Shown in pieces: positions 14,551-26,760 of a stretch of 64,000 nt of DNA. The position numbers and the translations under genes are program-made. This stretch comes from the human T2T-CHM13v2.0 reference genome, Homo sapiens, in assembly GCF_009914755.1 (NCBI RefSeq), contig NC_060928.1, one strand, 5' to 3'. The notes under the pieces are model-generated. The model was not told the origin of the DNA, did no database searches, and was given only the letters and a program-made list of their open reading frames with translations. Positions within the stretch are counted from its first letter, which is position 1. Every line of letters begins with the position of its first letter.

Positions 14551-16584
14551 CCATTTTTCTTTTATTAATCCATGCTAAATGTTTTCCATACCATCTTTCA
14601 CTTGCTTAAATGTTCTCACTTTTTTACAATCATTTAATCTAATATGTTTCTTCTCAATAGAGCTATAGTTTTCCTTTTATGGGCTTCATACCTATTGAGC
14701 TTCTGGCTATAAGAAGAATATATCAACTGAATTTTGCTCAGTTTGATATTTATATTGTATTTTAGCAAATGAGTTTGCTCAAGATTGAAAAATGTGATTC
14801 CTACAGGTATCTCTATCAAGTTATCTAGTTACAAATAAATAAAGCTCATGTGATATTGAAAAATGTAATTGATACTTGTACATCTTTTTGCAGTGGAAGA
14901 AAGAAAAGACAAGAAGATTCTGGAAAAGCCAATTTCAACTTATATCTGGCCGTAATTCATGTAATATCATATTAAATCAGGCTCTTTGACAGAAACTTCA
15001 CTTCAACAACAGCTTCACTTAGAATGTTTCTGTAGTGATCAATTGAGGGAAAATGTGACTCCTAGGTATGTATTATCTTGGTTATTTTAAATACTACAAT
15101 CGTACTTTCTAGACACCATAATTTTTATTAGACTCTCATTTTAGCTTAGTGAAATAAGATACAATATACCATTAATCCAAAAACATGACAATATAAAGTG
15201 ATCAAATGATAAGAATCTGTACTAATCTTTCTATCTATTGCGAATTATATCTGTAAAATGATATTGTGGTCATTTAGAACTGGCAAGCAGACCTAAATAG
15301 CATAGAGCAAGTAATAAATTATGGCTGAAATGGATAATTCTGAAAAATGGGGTAAAGTGAAACAGTAAAATATATATTTAATGATTGACAAGAAATCAAT
15401 GAAGAATAGACTTGGCCACTTGGCAGCATATTGAAGAAGCATAAATTCAGTAGAAATAGTACAATGTTAACTTTACTGATTTTACAAATTATGTGTAATG
15501 TATTTAATTATATTAATTTAGTATCTGTTTCACAGAAAATGCTATGTTAGTTATTGCTTGGGAAAAGAAATATTTTTTCTACCTTTAAGTAGAGACAGGA
15601 TTGTTCACAAATAAAATACAGGTGTTGACCAAGAGCACAAGGAAGAGAGGGCACTGAATATGGTTTAAGAATATATCCTAAAAATGAATGTGGGCAGTTT
15701 CATAGTTTCAAAACAGAACGTAGACATTGTTGTTTGAAGGGGGTGCTTTTAAATCTTAATCCATCAAGAAGATTGAAGATAGAGGACTTGACCAAATCTG
15801 TGGTCTGAAATCTATTGGATTCTCTAGCTTTTTACTAATTACTGGATTCTAACTTATTGGCCAGACTCCAAAATTCTATCACAGGTAGCTTCAATATTTT
15901 AACTTTAAAATTAATAAAACAAACAGTATCTATAAAAATTAATGAAGACAAAATATCTCAATGACATTTTTTCAGAAACACAGTAGAAGAAAAAATATGC
16001 ACACATATAGCCTTTGGTAATATTCCCTTATTTAAAAAAAAATCATGTACACAGAAGGAAAAAGTGACAACCATCATGCATAATCCACTTTTGTGTTCTG
16101 TTATGTGTTATCATAAATTATAATGAGGAGAAACAAAGAGAATAAATCAGTGTTTATACCTTTGATGTCAGGCATTATCAATTTTTCAATAAATCTTAGA
16201 AGAATTTGATTATAATAGTATATTATTCTTTCCCACATATTAATCTGAGGAATAGTATTATCCATATATTTCTCATTTATTCACAATAGAGATATTTGTT
16301 TAGTGTATATTAGATGCTGGAAACGTTGCTGGGCAGGGGGGATATCTTAGTCTGCAGTGTTAGTATTTTAATGGAGGAACTACAGAAGATGACAAAAATA
16401 AATGACAAATTTCAGGAGCTTTTGAATGGTGACTGGAATTGAACAGACAGTGAGTTAGCTACATAGAAGAAATATTTAAAGGAAACTTGTTGGATAGAGA
16501 AAAGTTACAATAAGCAGTTGATTACATCACTTTGAGGTGTACAGGGCGGGTCTGGAGTGTCAGAGAATGTGAAAATCATCTCAA

Positions 16585-16800
16585 TAAAGGGAAGTAATAA
16601 TTTCATTGCTTTCAGTCTGAATACAGACAAATGGAGTGGTGTGTTCATTCTGGGTCATACTCTTAAAGGTACATATATTAGTAAACTCCAAAGTAGTCAA
16701 TAAAAGACAAATAGCCTGGTGAAGATCTCGAATCCTTTCTATCTAAGGGTGAGCTCCCATAGTTATGGAAATATTTAGGCTAAATAGAGGCCTCTTGGGA
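16585..16800 (+). mobile_element. L3/CR1 LINE ORF2 3' fragment
   Basis: AGGGAAGTAATAATT...GGAGTGGTGTGTTCATTCTGGG...AAACTCC resembles CR1 REVIxPLY...LEYCVQFW...KLE, with frameshifts and stops. Confidence 0.55.
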
Positions 16801-19019
16801 GTGGTAAAGGCTCTCCAGGAGCTTAAACATGTCCCAAACTGAGGACATTATGGTTGCTCTGGTTCTAACAAGTAGATCTTATGAGCTCCAGTCACAGGAA
16901 GCATCAGCTCATTTGTTAATTTAGCTCCCAAGTTTGTTCACAAATTCTGAAAACATAACAGCATTATTCCAGTAAGTCTTCTAGTAATGTCTTTCAGATC
17001 CATCAGAAAGCAGTCTTATGGGAGTTGCTTGGCTTGAGAAACTACTGAATTACCTGGATAGATAACATTTAAGGGATGCTATTACACTTAGTAAAGATGT
17101 ATTGATCAAGGAAAACTCAGGACTTCCACTTTGATGCACAATAAGGGTTTGTAAAAACATGACTTAACATCTACAACCTTCTACAACTTCAGCCTATCTG
17201 GCTGAAGTTGATGTATGCTGTTGACCAATTCCCTTTCAGTGCATCAATCCTGCACTTATTTAAAAGTGAAAGACAAAGAGAAAATATAATGTATATGTAC
17301 CAGTGAAAACAGACTGTTTTAGCAAAAACAACAACAAAAACCTATTCAGATACAAACAGGATTGGATAAAGTATTCTGCCTAAATTAAAATAACCTAATC
17401 TGAATGATAAGTCTGGAGCTCAGCAGGGTGAAAATGCATCTAAAAGTAAGATCACCTAATATTGAAGTCCTGAGCTAGAAACCACAAAACTTAAGGTCCG
17501 CAGTTCTTGGCCAATGTTCATTCTCAGCAGGGCAATTACTGAGAGTAAAAAATAAGTCACCCATCTCATTCACCAAAGTAATCCAGTAGGTTGATATTAC
17601 TGTGTGTGCAACTTGCCTATGAATTAAACTTTCCCCCATCCCTCCCCCAATCCACAGCCAGCAAATATATCCAAAAGGAAAGAATTAGCCACGCAGAGTT
17701 GAAAAAAGTCCTCCAGTTCCTGTATACCCTCAGCCTCCGTCTTATCCTCTTAGGACCAGTGCACACACACACTGTGGCAGACTTTCATGTCTTCCAGTTC
17801 TACTACTGCTTCCTGAGTGATAGGGAGGTCACATGGTGCAAGTAAGTGTCACAACAGGCTGCTTAGAACACCCTCATTTTCCAAATAGGTAAAAAATGGG
17901 GGTGATGTTGGGGCTTCCTTCAAGATGCAATAAGGGATTACTAGAACAGATGGATCAATGTGAATATACAGTTACGTGATTTATTAACCAGCATGTTCTG
18001 ATCAGAGTCAGCAAGGAGAGCAACTCCTCTGCAGCATTTAAGAAATTTTCAAAAAGAATGTTTCAATTTACATATTAATGCAAAATCAAAAAGCACTGTT
18101 TTCTTTAGCCTTTTTAAATTCTACCTTGAACTCCTCCCAAGGTGATCTGTACCACATCTCAAGGTGGTGTCTCTATCCTCTCTCTCTCTGTCTCTCTCTC
18201 AATATGGTCTATAAGAACAATCCTTTAGTCTCAAAGGGCTATCTAATATTATGCAAATTATGCTTGCAATATATCACCTTATACCTCCATGTCCTTATAA
18301 TATATGCAATAGTTTGCTGCCATAGACTGCCTTTTCTGTTGCCTACACACTTTATCTTTGATGATAACTCTAGTATTGTTTGCTTTTCTTCCAAGTTTGT
18401 GCAAAACATATTATCTTCTGTGATCAAAATCAAGTATATTCACATGTGTGCATGCACACACACGCAACACACAGCTGACTATATTCCAGTATATTTTATA
18501 CTCATCAATGATATTAAACTAACCTCTTGCATCTTCACTCTTATTGTATTGGTTTTTATTCTGGTTTTAGTTTCAAAGTTTTCCTCAGATTACTAAGTGT
18601 ATATTTTCTAATATGTTAATATATTTGTCTATTTTTTAATAGTTAACTCACCTAAATAGGGGCTAAATCTGAGTATGTTTTTTTTTTCTAGCCCCTTAAA
18701 AAAAGGAAAAGAACAATTCTTAAAATTTCCTCAGATGGTCAGGAATAATATTAAACTATTCTTATTTTGGAAGGGGGTTGGAAATGATCGAGGGTTTCTG
18801 ATGCTCCTAATTGCCGGTAGCTGCTGTGATGCTATACTACTTTGGCCTCATAAAATATTTATCAATACATGTAAAATGAAATTATTTTCATAATCCTTTA
18901 AAAAATTATGTTGGAAAACATTTCAAATAGTTGTATTGATGTCACATACAAACTGAATAATAATGATGAAATAAAGTTTTAAATAAAATTGTAATCAATT
19001 CCTTTTAACCAACATCCTT

Positions 19020-19330
19020 ATTTTTTAACAAATATTTTCTTTCAGAATAATTTTAGATTTATGTAAAAATTTCTGCAATAGTACAGAAAACTCCTGTATA
19101 CCGCACACCCTCAAACTCACTCTGTCCTATTAACATCTTATGGTGGTTTGATATATTTGTTATAATTAACAAACCACTATTGAAACATTATTATTAACTA
19201 ATGTCTATACCTTGGAATTTCTTTTGTTTTTATCTTGACTCTTTTGTTGTTGTTCCAGAATCCTATCCAGGATTCATTACATTTAGTTCTTATGTTTCCT
19301 TAGGCTCCTCTTAGATATGATGAAATAGCT
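19020..19330 (-). mobile_element. L1MC-type 3' end fragment
   Basis: AATAATTTTAGATTTATG...AATAGTACAGAAAACTCCTGTATACC...CCAGAATCCTATCCAGGAT, typical of the antisense L1MC 3'UTR. Confidence 0.65.
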
Positions 19331-19500
19331 TTACTTTTTTATTAACATCCAATTCCTTCAAGAAATGCTCCCTCAAAAATATTCTCAGTATAAATACTGC
19401 AAATTATTATTCCAAAGAGTAATTTCCATAGATTATCCAGAAACTAAGGTATTACCGTACATAATAGAGATATATGGTAGACCCCATAACAAAAAACAAA

Positions 19501-19610
19501 CCCTTTTTCTTCTTCCTTTTTTCTTTCTCACTCTTTTCTTCCCTTCCTTTCCCTTCCCTTCCCTTCCCTCCTTCCCTCCCTTCCTTCTTTCCTTCCTTCC
19601 TTCCTTCCTC
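19501..19610. repeat. Pyrimidine-rich (CCTT)n/(CCCTT)n microsatellite
   Basis: Directly visible, abutting the L2 3' end. Confidence 0.85.
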
Positions 19611-20845
19611 AAAATATTAATTGACTTCCAACTGTGTGCCAGGCACTGCTCTACGCTGTGGGAATTCATCCAACAGCAAAGCGGTAGAAAACCTGCTTGA
19701 TGGGGCATACATTTTAGAGGGGAGAGAAAAAACATAAAACAAATAAGCATAATAATTGAATTACATCACACTTTAGAAAGTGATAAAAGCCATGAGGGAG
19801 ACAAAATAGTGTAGCCTAAGGAGGAGTGGGAGGGAAGATGTGATCAAGGTCAGCCTCACTGACATAAGAGGAAAGAGCTGAAGGAGAAAGCCATGCATCC
19901 CTCTGCTGAAAAAGCTTTTTGTGCAGAGGCAAGAGTGAGTGCAAAGGCTTTGAATCAGGAGCTGCCTGGGGTGTAAAGAACAGGTAGAAATTCCAGCATA
20001 GGTAGTTGGAGCAAAGGAAGAAAGAGAGGGTAATAGACAATGTGTGTAGCAAGATAACAGAGGGCCAAATCTGGTAGATTCTTGAAGGGCTTTGTAAGGA
20101 TTATAGCTGTAACTCTGAGAAATATTGAGAAGATTTGAAGAGTTTGAGCAGAACTATTCCATAATCTATAGTGAAACAAAATCACTTTTGCTGCTCTACT
20201 GGGAATAGAATATAGGAAGCAAGAGTGGGAGCTGGAAGAATGTAGGGAAGCTACAGTGGCAATCCAGGCAAGGGATGGTGGTGCTGTGATAGTTGTGGAA
20301 GCAGTATGGATATTTAGGTGTGGCCTAGTTCTGGATGCATTTGGAAGCAAAGCCAAATCAATTTTTCTGTGAAGCATAGAAAATTGGAAGAGTAAATAGG
20401 ACTCTAAGGACTTTGGTGTAACCCACTGAAGAATAGGCTTGCCATTAGTAGATGACAAAGACTGAAATGGAGCAAGTTTGTGTGGGGCAGAGTTAGCAGT
20501 TCAGTTTTGGACTTGTTGAATGTGAGATGGCTATTAGCCCTCAGAAGATATTGAGTAGGCAGTTGAATGTATAAGTCTAGAGTTCAGAGTAAAAGTTCCA
20601 AAATGCAGATGTATAAACTTAGTACTGTTAGACACAGATAGCATTTAAAACCATAAGACCGCATGTGATCCCCAAAAGAATAAATGTTTAATACAACTAG
20701 GTCATAGTACTAAGGTCTGGCCCCTCCAAGAACAAGAAGTTTGGAAGACAGAATGAGTTGCTGGTGAGGCAAGAGGCAAACACAGAGAAATAGGAAACTG
20801 GAAGCCAAGTGAAGAGATAAAGGGTCTCTAAGAAGAGGGAGTGAT
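19611..20845 (-). mobile_element. L2 (L2a-like) LINE, ~1.2-kb 3' portion
   Basis: ACTGTGTGCCAGGCACTGCTCTA (antisense L2 3' end), then colinear L2 motifs such as GCAATCCAGGCAAGGGATGGTGGTG and TTCAGTTTTGGACTTGTTGAATGTGAGATG. Confidence 0.8.
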
Positions 20846-20939
20846 TACAGGAACCATCATCACATTTACAATTTTTGAATTGAAACATTACAGGACTTAT
20901 GAGATAATTTTATATTCACTATAAAAGTTAATTAATATG

Positions 20940-21150
20940 GAGGAAAACACAAAGATTTTGGATTCAGACCTATTTAAATACAAATCTCTCTGTCACTTAT
21001 GGTATGATCTTGGACAAGCTGCAAACCCTGCTTATACTTCAGATTCCTGAGGAAAGCACTTCCTCCAGCCGTGCCCTGAAATTGTTCATCAGTTTCCCGT
21101 ATAGTAACAAGATACAGTGGATGAAAGTATTGTCTAATACCTATATAGAT
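20940..21150 (+). mobile_element. MIR SINE fragment
   Basis: GGATTCAGACC...CTCTGTCACTTATGGTATGATCTTGGACAAG. Confidence 0.5.
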
Positions 21151-24100
21151 ATTTTAATGTTTAATTTTATTTCTCACTAAGTCAACTCAGATATTTTCCT
21201 GCAATAAAAGTAGAACAGTATCAATGAACTGGGGTCACCTTAAGAAAGCCACACATTTTTAATCTTTTTTCTCTCTGGCCTCATTTAAGTCCATGCTATT
21301 TAATTATATCTTGGCTGCAAGTTATTTACAGGAGTCATATGAAAAAGTAAGTGTTCTATTAGTGTTAAGATAGTCATCTTTGCCCTAGAAACTATAACAG
21401 GTGCTTTTAAAATTCAGTACTTCTACTTATCTAAATGAAATGGGAGAAGAAAGGAAAGGCATAGTTGAAAGGCTGACAGTGAGGGGCTATATTTACAAGA
21501 GGGCCTAATTTGCAACTGGAAAATGGCAAAAATGGCTTTGGAATGAATAGTTGAGCCCCAAGATGATGACTTGCGATTCTCTGGCCATGGAGATAGCCAA
21601 GGGCATAGCCAACAAGAAGAGAGGTTTCTTGGGAGGCAGGAACTCACCCACAATTATAGGATTTTAGTTGCTTGAAGTCAGTTATTCATACTGGTGAATT
21701 GTCAGTTAGGATGTTAGTTTTATGTCCATGTAAAGCCTTGCAACTCATATTTTTCTCAAACTCAGCAAAAAAGAGAATCTATCCTGACTGAAAGAGCAAA
21801 TTCTCACCATTCAAGTGCTTAATAAGTAATGATTTTTCTCAGAAAGAAAGGACTGTCTATGACCTTAATGAGAACATAGATTTGGGGTCAGAGGAATAAA
21901 TGTCTTATATGGAGTAGAAGGATGACATCCATCAAGTCAAAACTGAAGTTGACTAACAAGCAGGTTAGTGTGGCATTGGTAGCAAACTAGAGAGAGCATA
22001 TCTTAGCCCGAGTCAATGGTCATCATTTATTCAGCAGAGAGCCACTAGAATGGTACTAAGGTCACCAAAGCTCTGCAAGAGGAAACCATTAATAGAACTT
22101 AAGGATGTTAGTCAACCTTGTTGGACTATACTTAAAAGACGGACCTAGAGATGTGGGAGCCCCAGTGATTCCATTGATGGGAACCCATCTCTTTTACTTT
22201 TCCTGTGCTTCTAGAGATGAGTGATGGGAAAACCCATTTTATGTCTGTGTGAACATTTGCATCAGCATCTCACTTTCTCTGCTTTGTCTCTGACAGAATT
22301 GCAAAACTCATAAAGCCAATAATCTGTTTCTCTATCTCTAAACAAGACCAGCTAAATCATTTCAAACAAAATACAAATACATGCAAAAAAGACCCCCAAA
22401 TAAACCATATCACCCTGAGCAACTACAACCTCATATTTTAGATACTTGATAAATACTGAATGATGAACTGAACACATTCATAACCAACAAACTTCAACAT
22501 CAGAAAATGTTTTCTTGTTTCTACTTTAGGTGCTTTCTATTTTATTTCCTCTTATTATGAACTCTGTAAATGTAGAGAATACCTAGCCATCAATCTTTGT
22601 ACTGTATCTGTTCCATACATGAAGACTATTATTAAATTTCCTTCATGATCCTCAAACTCACTTAGCCTTCTCTTCTGCAGGCTAAATAATTCATCTCCCT
22701 TTTTTATTTCAATCTTGTCTGAGTTTCTTGCATTAGCCGGGAGGAGAAATGCTGAAGTCACAGGGGATTTTTAACTCAATACTCTTTTAGGATGTTAAGA
22801 GTAATGAGAATGGTGATGGCAATGGTGTGTGGAGATGTCACTACCAATACATGATAACTAATGAAATTTTTTGAAGACATTGTTAATATCTAAATAATCT
22901 CACAGTTTGAGTTTTGTGTAAGCCAGGAAAGATGATTTTCAATGAGGGAGAATAAAAGGTTTTGTGCTTAGTCATCTTCAAATATATATGCCCTTGTTCT
23001 ACAGTTCATCAGAAATTAAAATTTTCCTGTTTAATACACACTAACTAGGTTCACTCCATAAAATGACAATTGCCTTGGAGTCTTCTCCATACAAGTGGAT
23101 TCTTCTCTGAAGATTAGAGAAAAGAAAAATGGTTCATAAATTCATAATGGCCCCTGAGGGGAAAAAAAATCTCTAATTCCACTCAGAGAAGTTAAGTATA
23201 AGGAATGCAAGCTATTTATCAGCGTGACACTCACATTCAAAGGAGTGAGACATACAAAGTTTTCAATTGTGAAAAAGTTTTGCTACAGAATTTTGCCCAA
23301 CATTCAGTTCCTGTGTAGTACAACAGAAGGTCATCCTGAGCTGGTTTATGTCAAGAAGTAGTGGATTCCAGAGAAGTTAAACATTTTTCCTTCAGGAGAC
23401 AGAATAAATAGCTGATGTTACCAAACTGATTCCAAAGTTGATACAAGAAGATTAGACAGCTACAACTTAATCTCCCCTGTTTTTGTGAAAGAGTGGCACC
23501 ATCATATCAGAGATTTACCAGACAATCCCTCAAATACTAAGGTGTTAACCTATACATGTCTCCGGAGACTATTCCTTTCTAGATATTTTATTTAAAACAA
23601 ATATAATAGCCATAGCAGCTTCTATCCCTTCCAGCTATATGAAGCTCTCTTGCCTTAAAACTTAGAAAGATCACCAAGGAGACCTGTTGTCATCACTATG
23701 AAGTACACATAATAGAACTCTGTCATTTACCTCAACCTAAGTTCTTACTAGTACTCTATTCACCCAAGTGGTATGTGTGCATCTCAATTTTAATTTTATG
23801 TCTTAATTCACAGCCTCACTTTAGATTCAGACTCCACTAAGGTTTTCAGGAAAGAAGGTGGGGGTGGTGAATCTCAAATTTTCAATATTTTTATTAGTGA
23901 GAAACTGAACGGATAACTGGTTTTCTGCAAAGCATGTTTTCTCGAGGGAATGCACTCACTCTGGTTTATCAACTGGCAAACAAGACACCTACGGTTATCT
24001 CTTTACCACCCTATTGCCCCATCAATAATGTACAGACTGTCATTAAGAAGTCATTTCTCCCTTCTGGGCTGAATTTTGAGATGTGCATCATGTGGGAAAA

Positions 24101-24592
24101 AATAGGAGTCACATTATGGAGACTATAGGTCACTCTGTAATCTCAGATACATGCTGTGCTATTCTGCTGACAGTCCGTCAAGATATGTTCCAAAGCATGC
24201 ACCAGTGCATATAAAAATATATAGGCTGGGACCCCCAAACTCATTTCATTAGGACATTTCAAGGTTAACATTATAATCATGCTTCAGGGCATAAACTTAT
24301 CGCCAGCTGAGTTCAGGAAGACATTTCACTTCTGTGGAAAGACTGTTCCCAGTGGGTCAGTTGCATTGTAGGTATGTATTACCTTTTGCAAATATTTCTT
24401 TAGCCACGCCAAAGTGTGTTCCTTGTCTTTTTCTTGATCTTACAGATTTAAGCTCAAATAACCAAACAATACTGCTTTATACTTGTAAATAATTCTAATC
24501 TGAGACTTTCTTTTCTCTCTTCTTTTTGTCTTGTGGTTTTCTTGATTTTCACTTAGTAATTTACCAACAAATTTACATGGGCATTATATATA

Positions 24593-25475
<883 letters not shown>

Positions 25476-25636
25476 TATTAGGATTTGCTATTATCATCTA
25501 ATAAAAGATTATTTATTTGAATAAGGACACTAGAGGTACTGTCAGCAGTAGTATTGGGACTAAACAGTTTCTGTTATTCAGAATTATGCCTGCTGTTTGG
25601 CACCAAATGCTCGATATTGTATCATATTGTATCAAT

Positions 25637-25973
25637 GTTGTTTGTCTGTTTGTTTGTTGTTTATTTATTGAGACAGGGTCTTGCTCTGTCACCCAGGCTG
25701 GGGTGCAGTGGCACAATCAGTTTGCAGTTTGCAGTGCACAATCAGTTTGCTGCAGTCTAGAACTCCTGAGTTCAAGTGATTCTCCTGCCTCAGTCTCCCA
25801 AGTAGCTGGGACTACAGGTGCATGCCACCATGCTTGGCTCATTTTTGCATTTCTTGTAGAGACAAGATCTTCTTATGTTACTAAGATGGTCTCAAACTCC
25901 TGGGCTCAAGTGATCCTCTTGCCTCTGACTCCCAAAGTGCTGGGAATACAGACATGGACCACTGTGCCCAGCC
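25637..25973 (-). mobile_element. AluJ-type SINE with a small internal duplication
   Basis: GAGACAGGGTCTTGCTCTGTCACCCAGG, AACTCCTGGGCTCAAGTGATCC; (TTTG)n tail. Confidence 0.88.
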
Positions 25974-26529
25974 AATGTAGTAGATTTCTGATTATTCTGT
26001 ATGCTCACCTGTTCAACAGCATAAAAGACACAGCAATGATCCTTGTCACCAGCTCCTGCTGGTGAAACCTTGCTCACAGTGCCAGCAAAGAAGTCCCCCT
26101 TGGAGTCACATCCTGCAAATATTCAACTCCCATATATTACAGAAGTATTAAGGTAGAGAGGTGAAGAAACAGTTTCAAACTCCATAAACAGAAGACAGAA
26201 GGAATATGAACCTTATTAACATGTCATACTATCACACTTTTAATAAGATTTTTCTGGAATTTCTTGCTTGTCACTTCCTTCTTTTGATAGGTTGTCTCTT
26301 TCATCTCAATTTAGGACTTGGAAAGTATTAGATAAATTCAGAGAAGGTGTGGACCATTCTCCAGCAATGATTTCAGATTTTCCAGCAATACCATCACTGA
26401 GAAGGAGCAACTCTTACATTTTCTTTTTAACCATACAAGAGTATCATTTACATCCCCAAAAGCTGCCCTTGTGTTTTGACCAACCTGAAAAATCATGTCA
26501 AACAGCATGGTTAATGACTTATCAGCAGA

Positions 26530-26760
26530 ACTTATCTGCTGAGGCAGTAAAGCACTGACCCAAACTGCCTGGGTTCAATTCCCAGCTCTACCACTTAATT
26601 AGGCAATTACTTAACATGTCTTTGCTTCAATTCCCAGCTCTACCTGCTGCCATATTTGGGGATGACCCAGAGGGTCAGGGTGAGAATCACCTGAGTTAAT
26701 TCAGAAAAGTGCCTGGCAGATAGTAGATATCCAATAAGTATTTATTGAACAAACAAATGT
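26530..26760 (+). mobile_element. MIR SINE with L2-like 3' tail
   Basis: CTGCCTGGGTTCAATTCCCAGCTCTACCACTT...GGCAATTACTTAAC...GTGCCTGGCAGATAGTAG...CAATAAGTATTTATTGAA. Confidence 0.65.

Noticed and set aside
18078-18596. 172-aa ORF, the longest outside annotated repeats
   Set aside because: Composition reflects T-rich DNA and (CT)n/(CA)n tracts; no recognisable domain or splice context, so likely chance
19955-20458. 167-aa minus-strand ORF
   Set aside because: Lies within the decayed L2 element; not a host gene
22555-22761. Protein-looking 68-aa ORF (…DKIEIKKGDELFSLQKRRLSEFED…)
   Set aside because: Non-ATG start, no recognised homology and no convincing splice-site pair
25517-26065. 182-aa ORF, the longest in the track
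   Set aside because: Mostly antisense AluJ translation with a non-ATG start
26281-26360. Tandem AG acceptors at 26290 and 26314
   Set aside because: No good donor downstream; insufficient for an exon call
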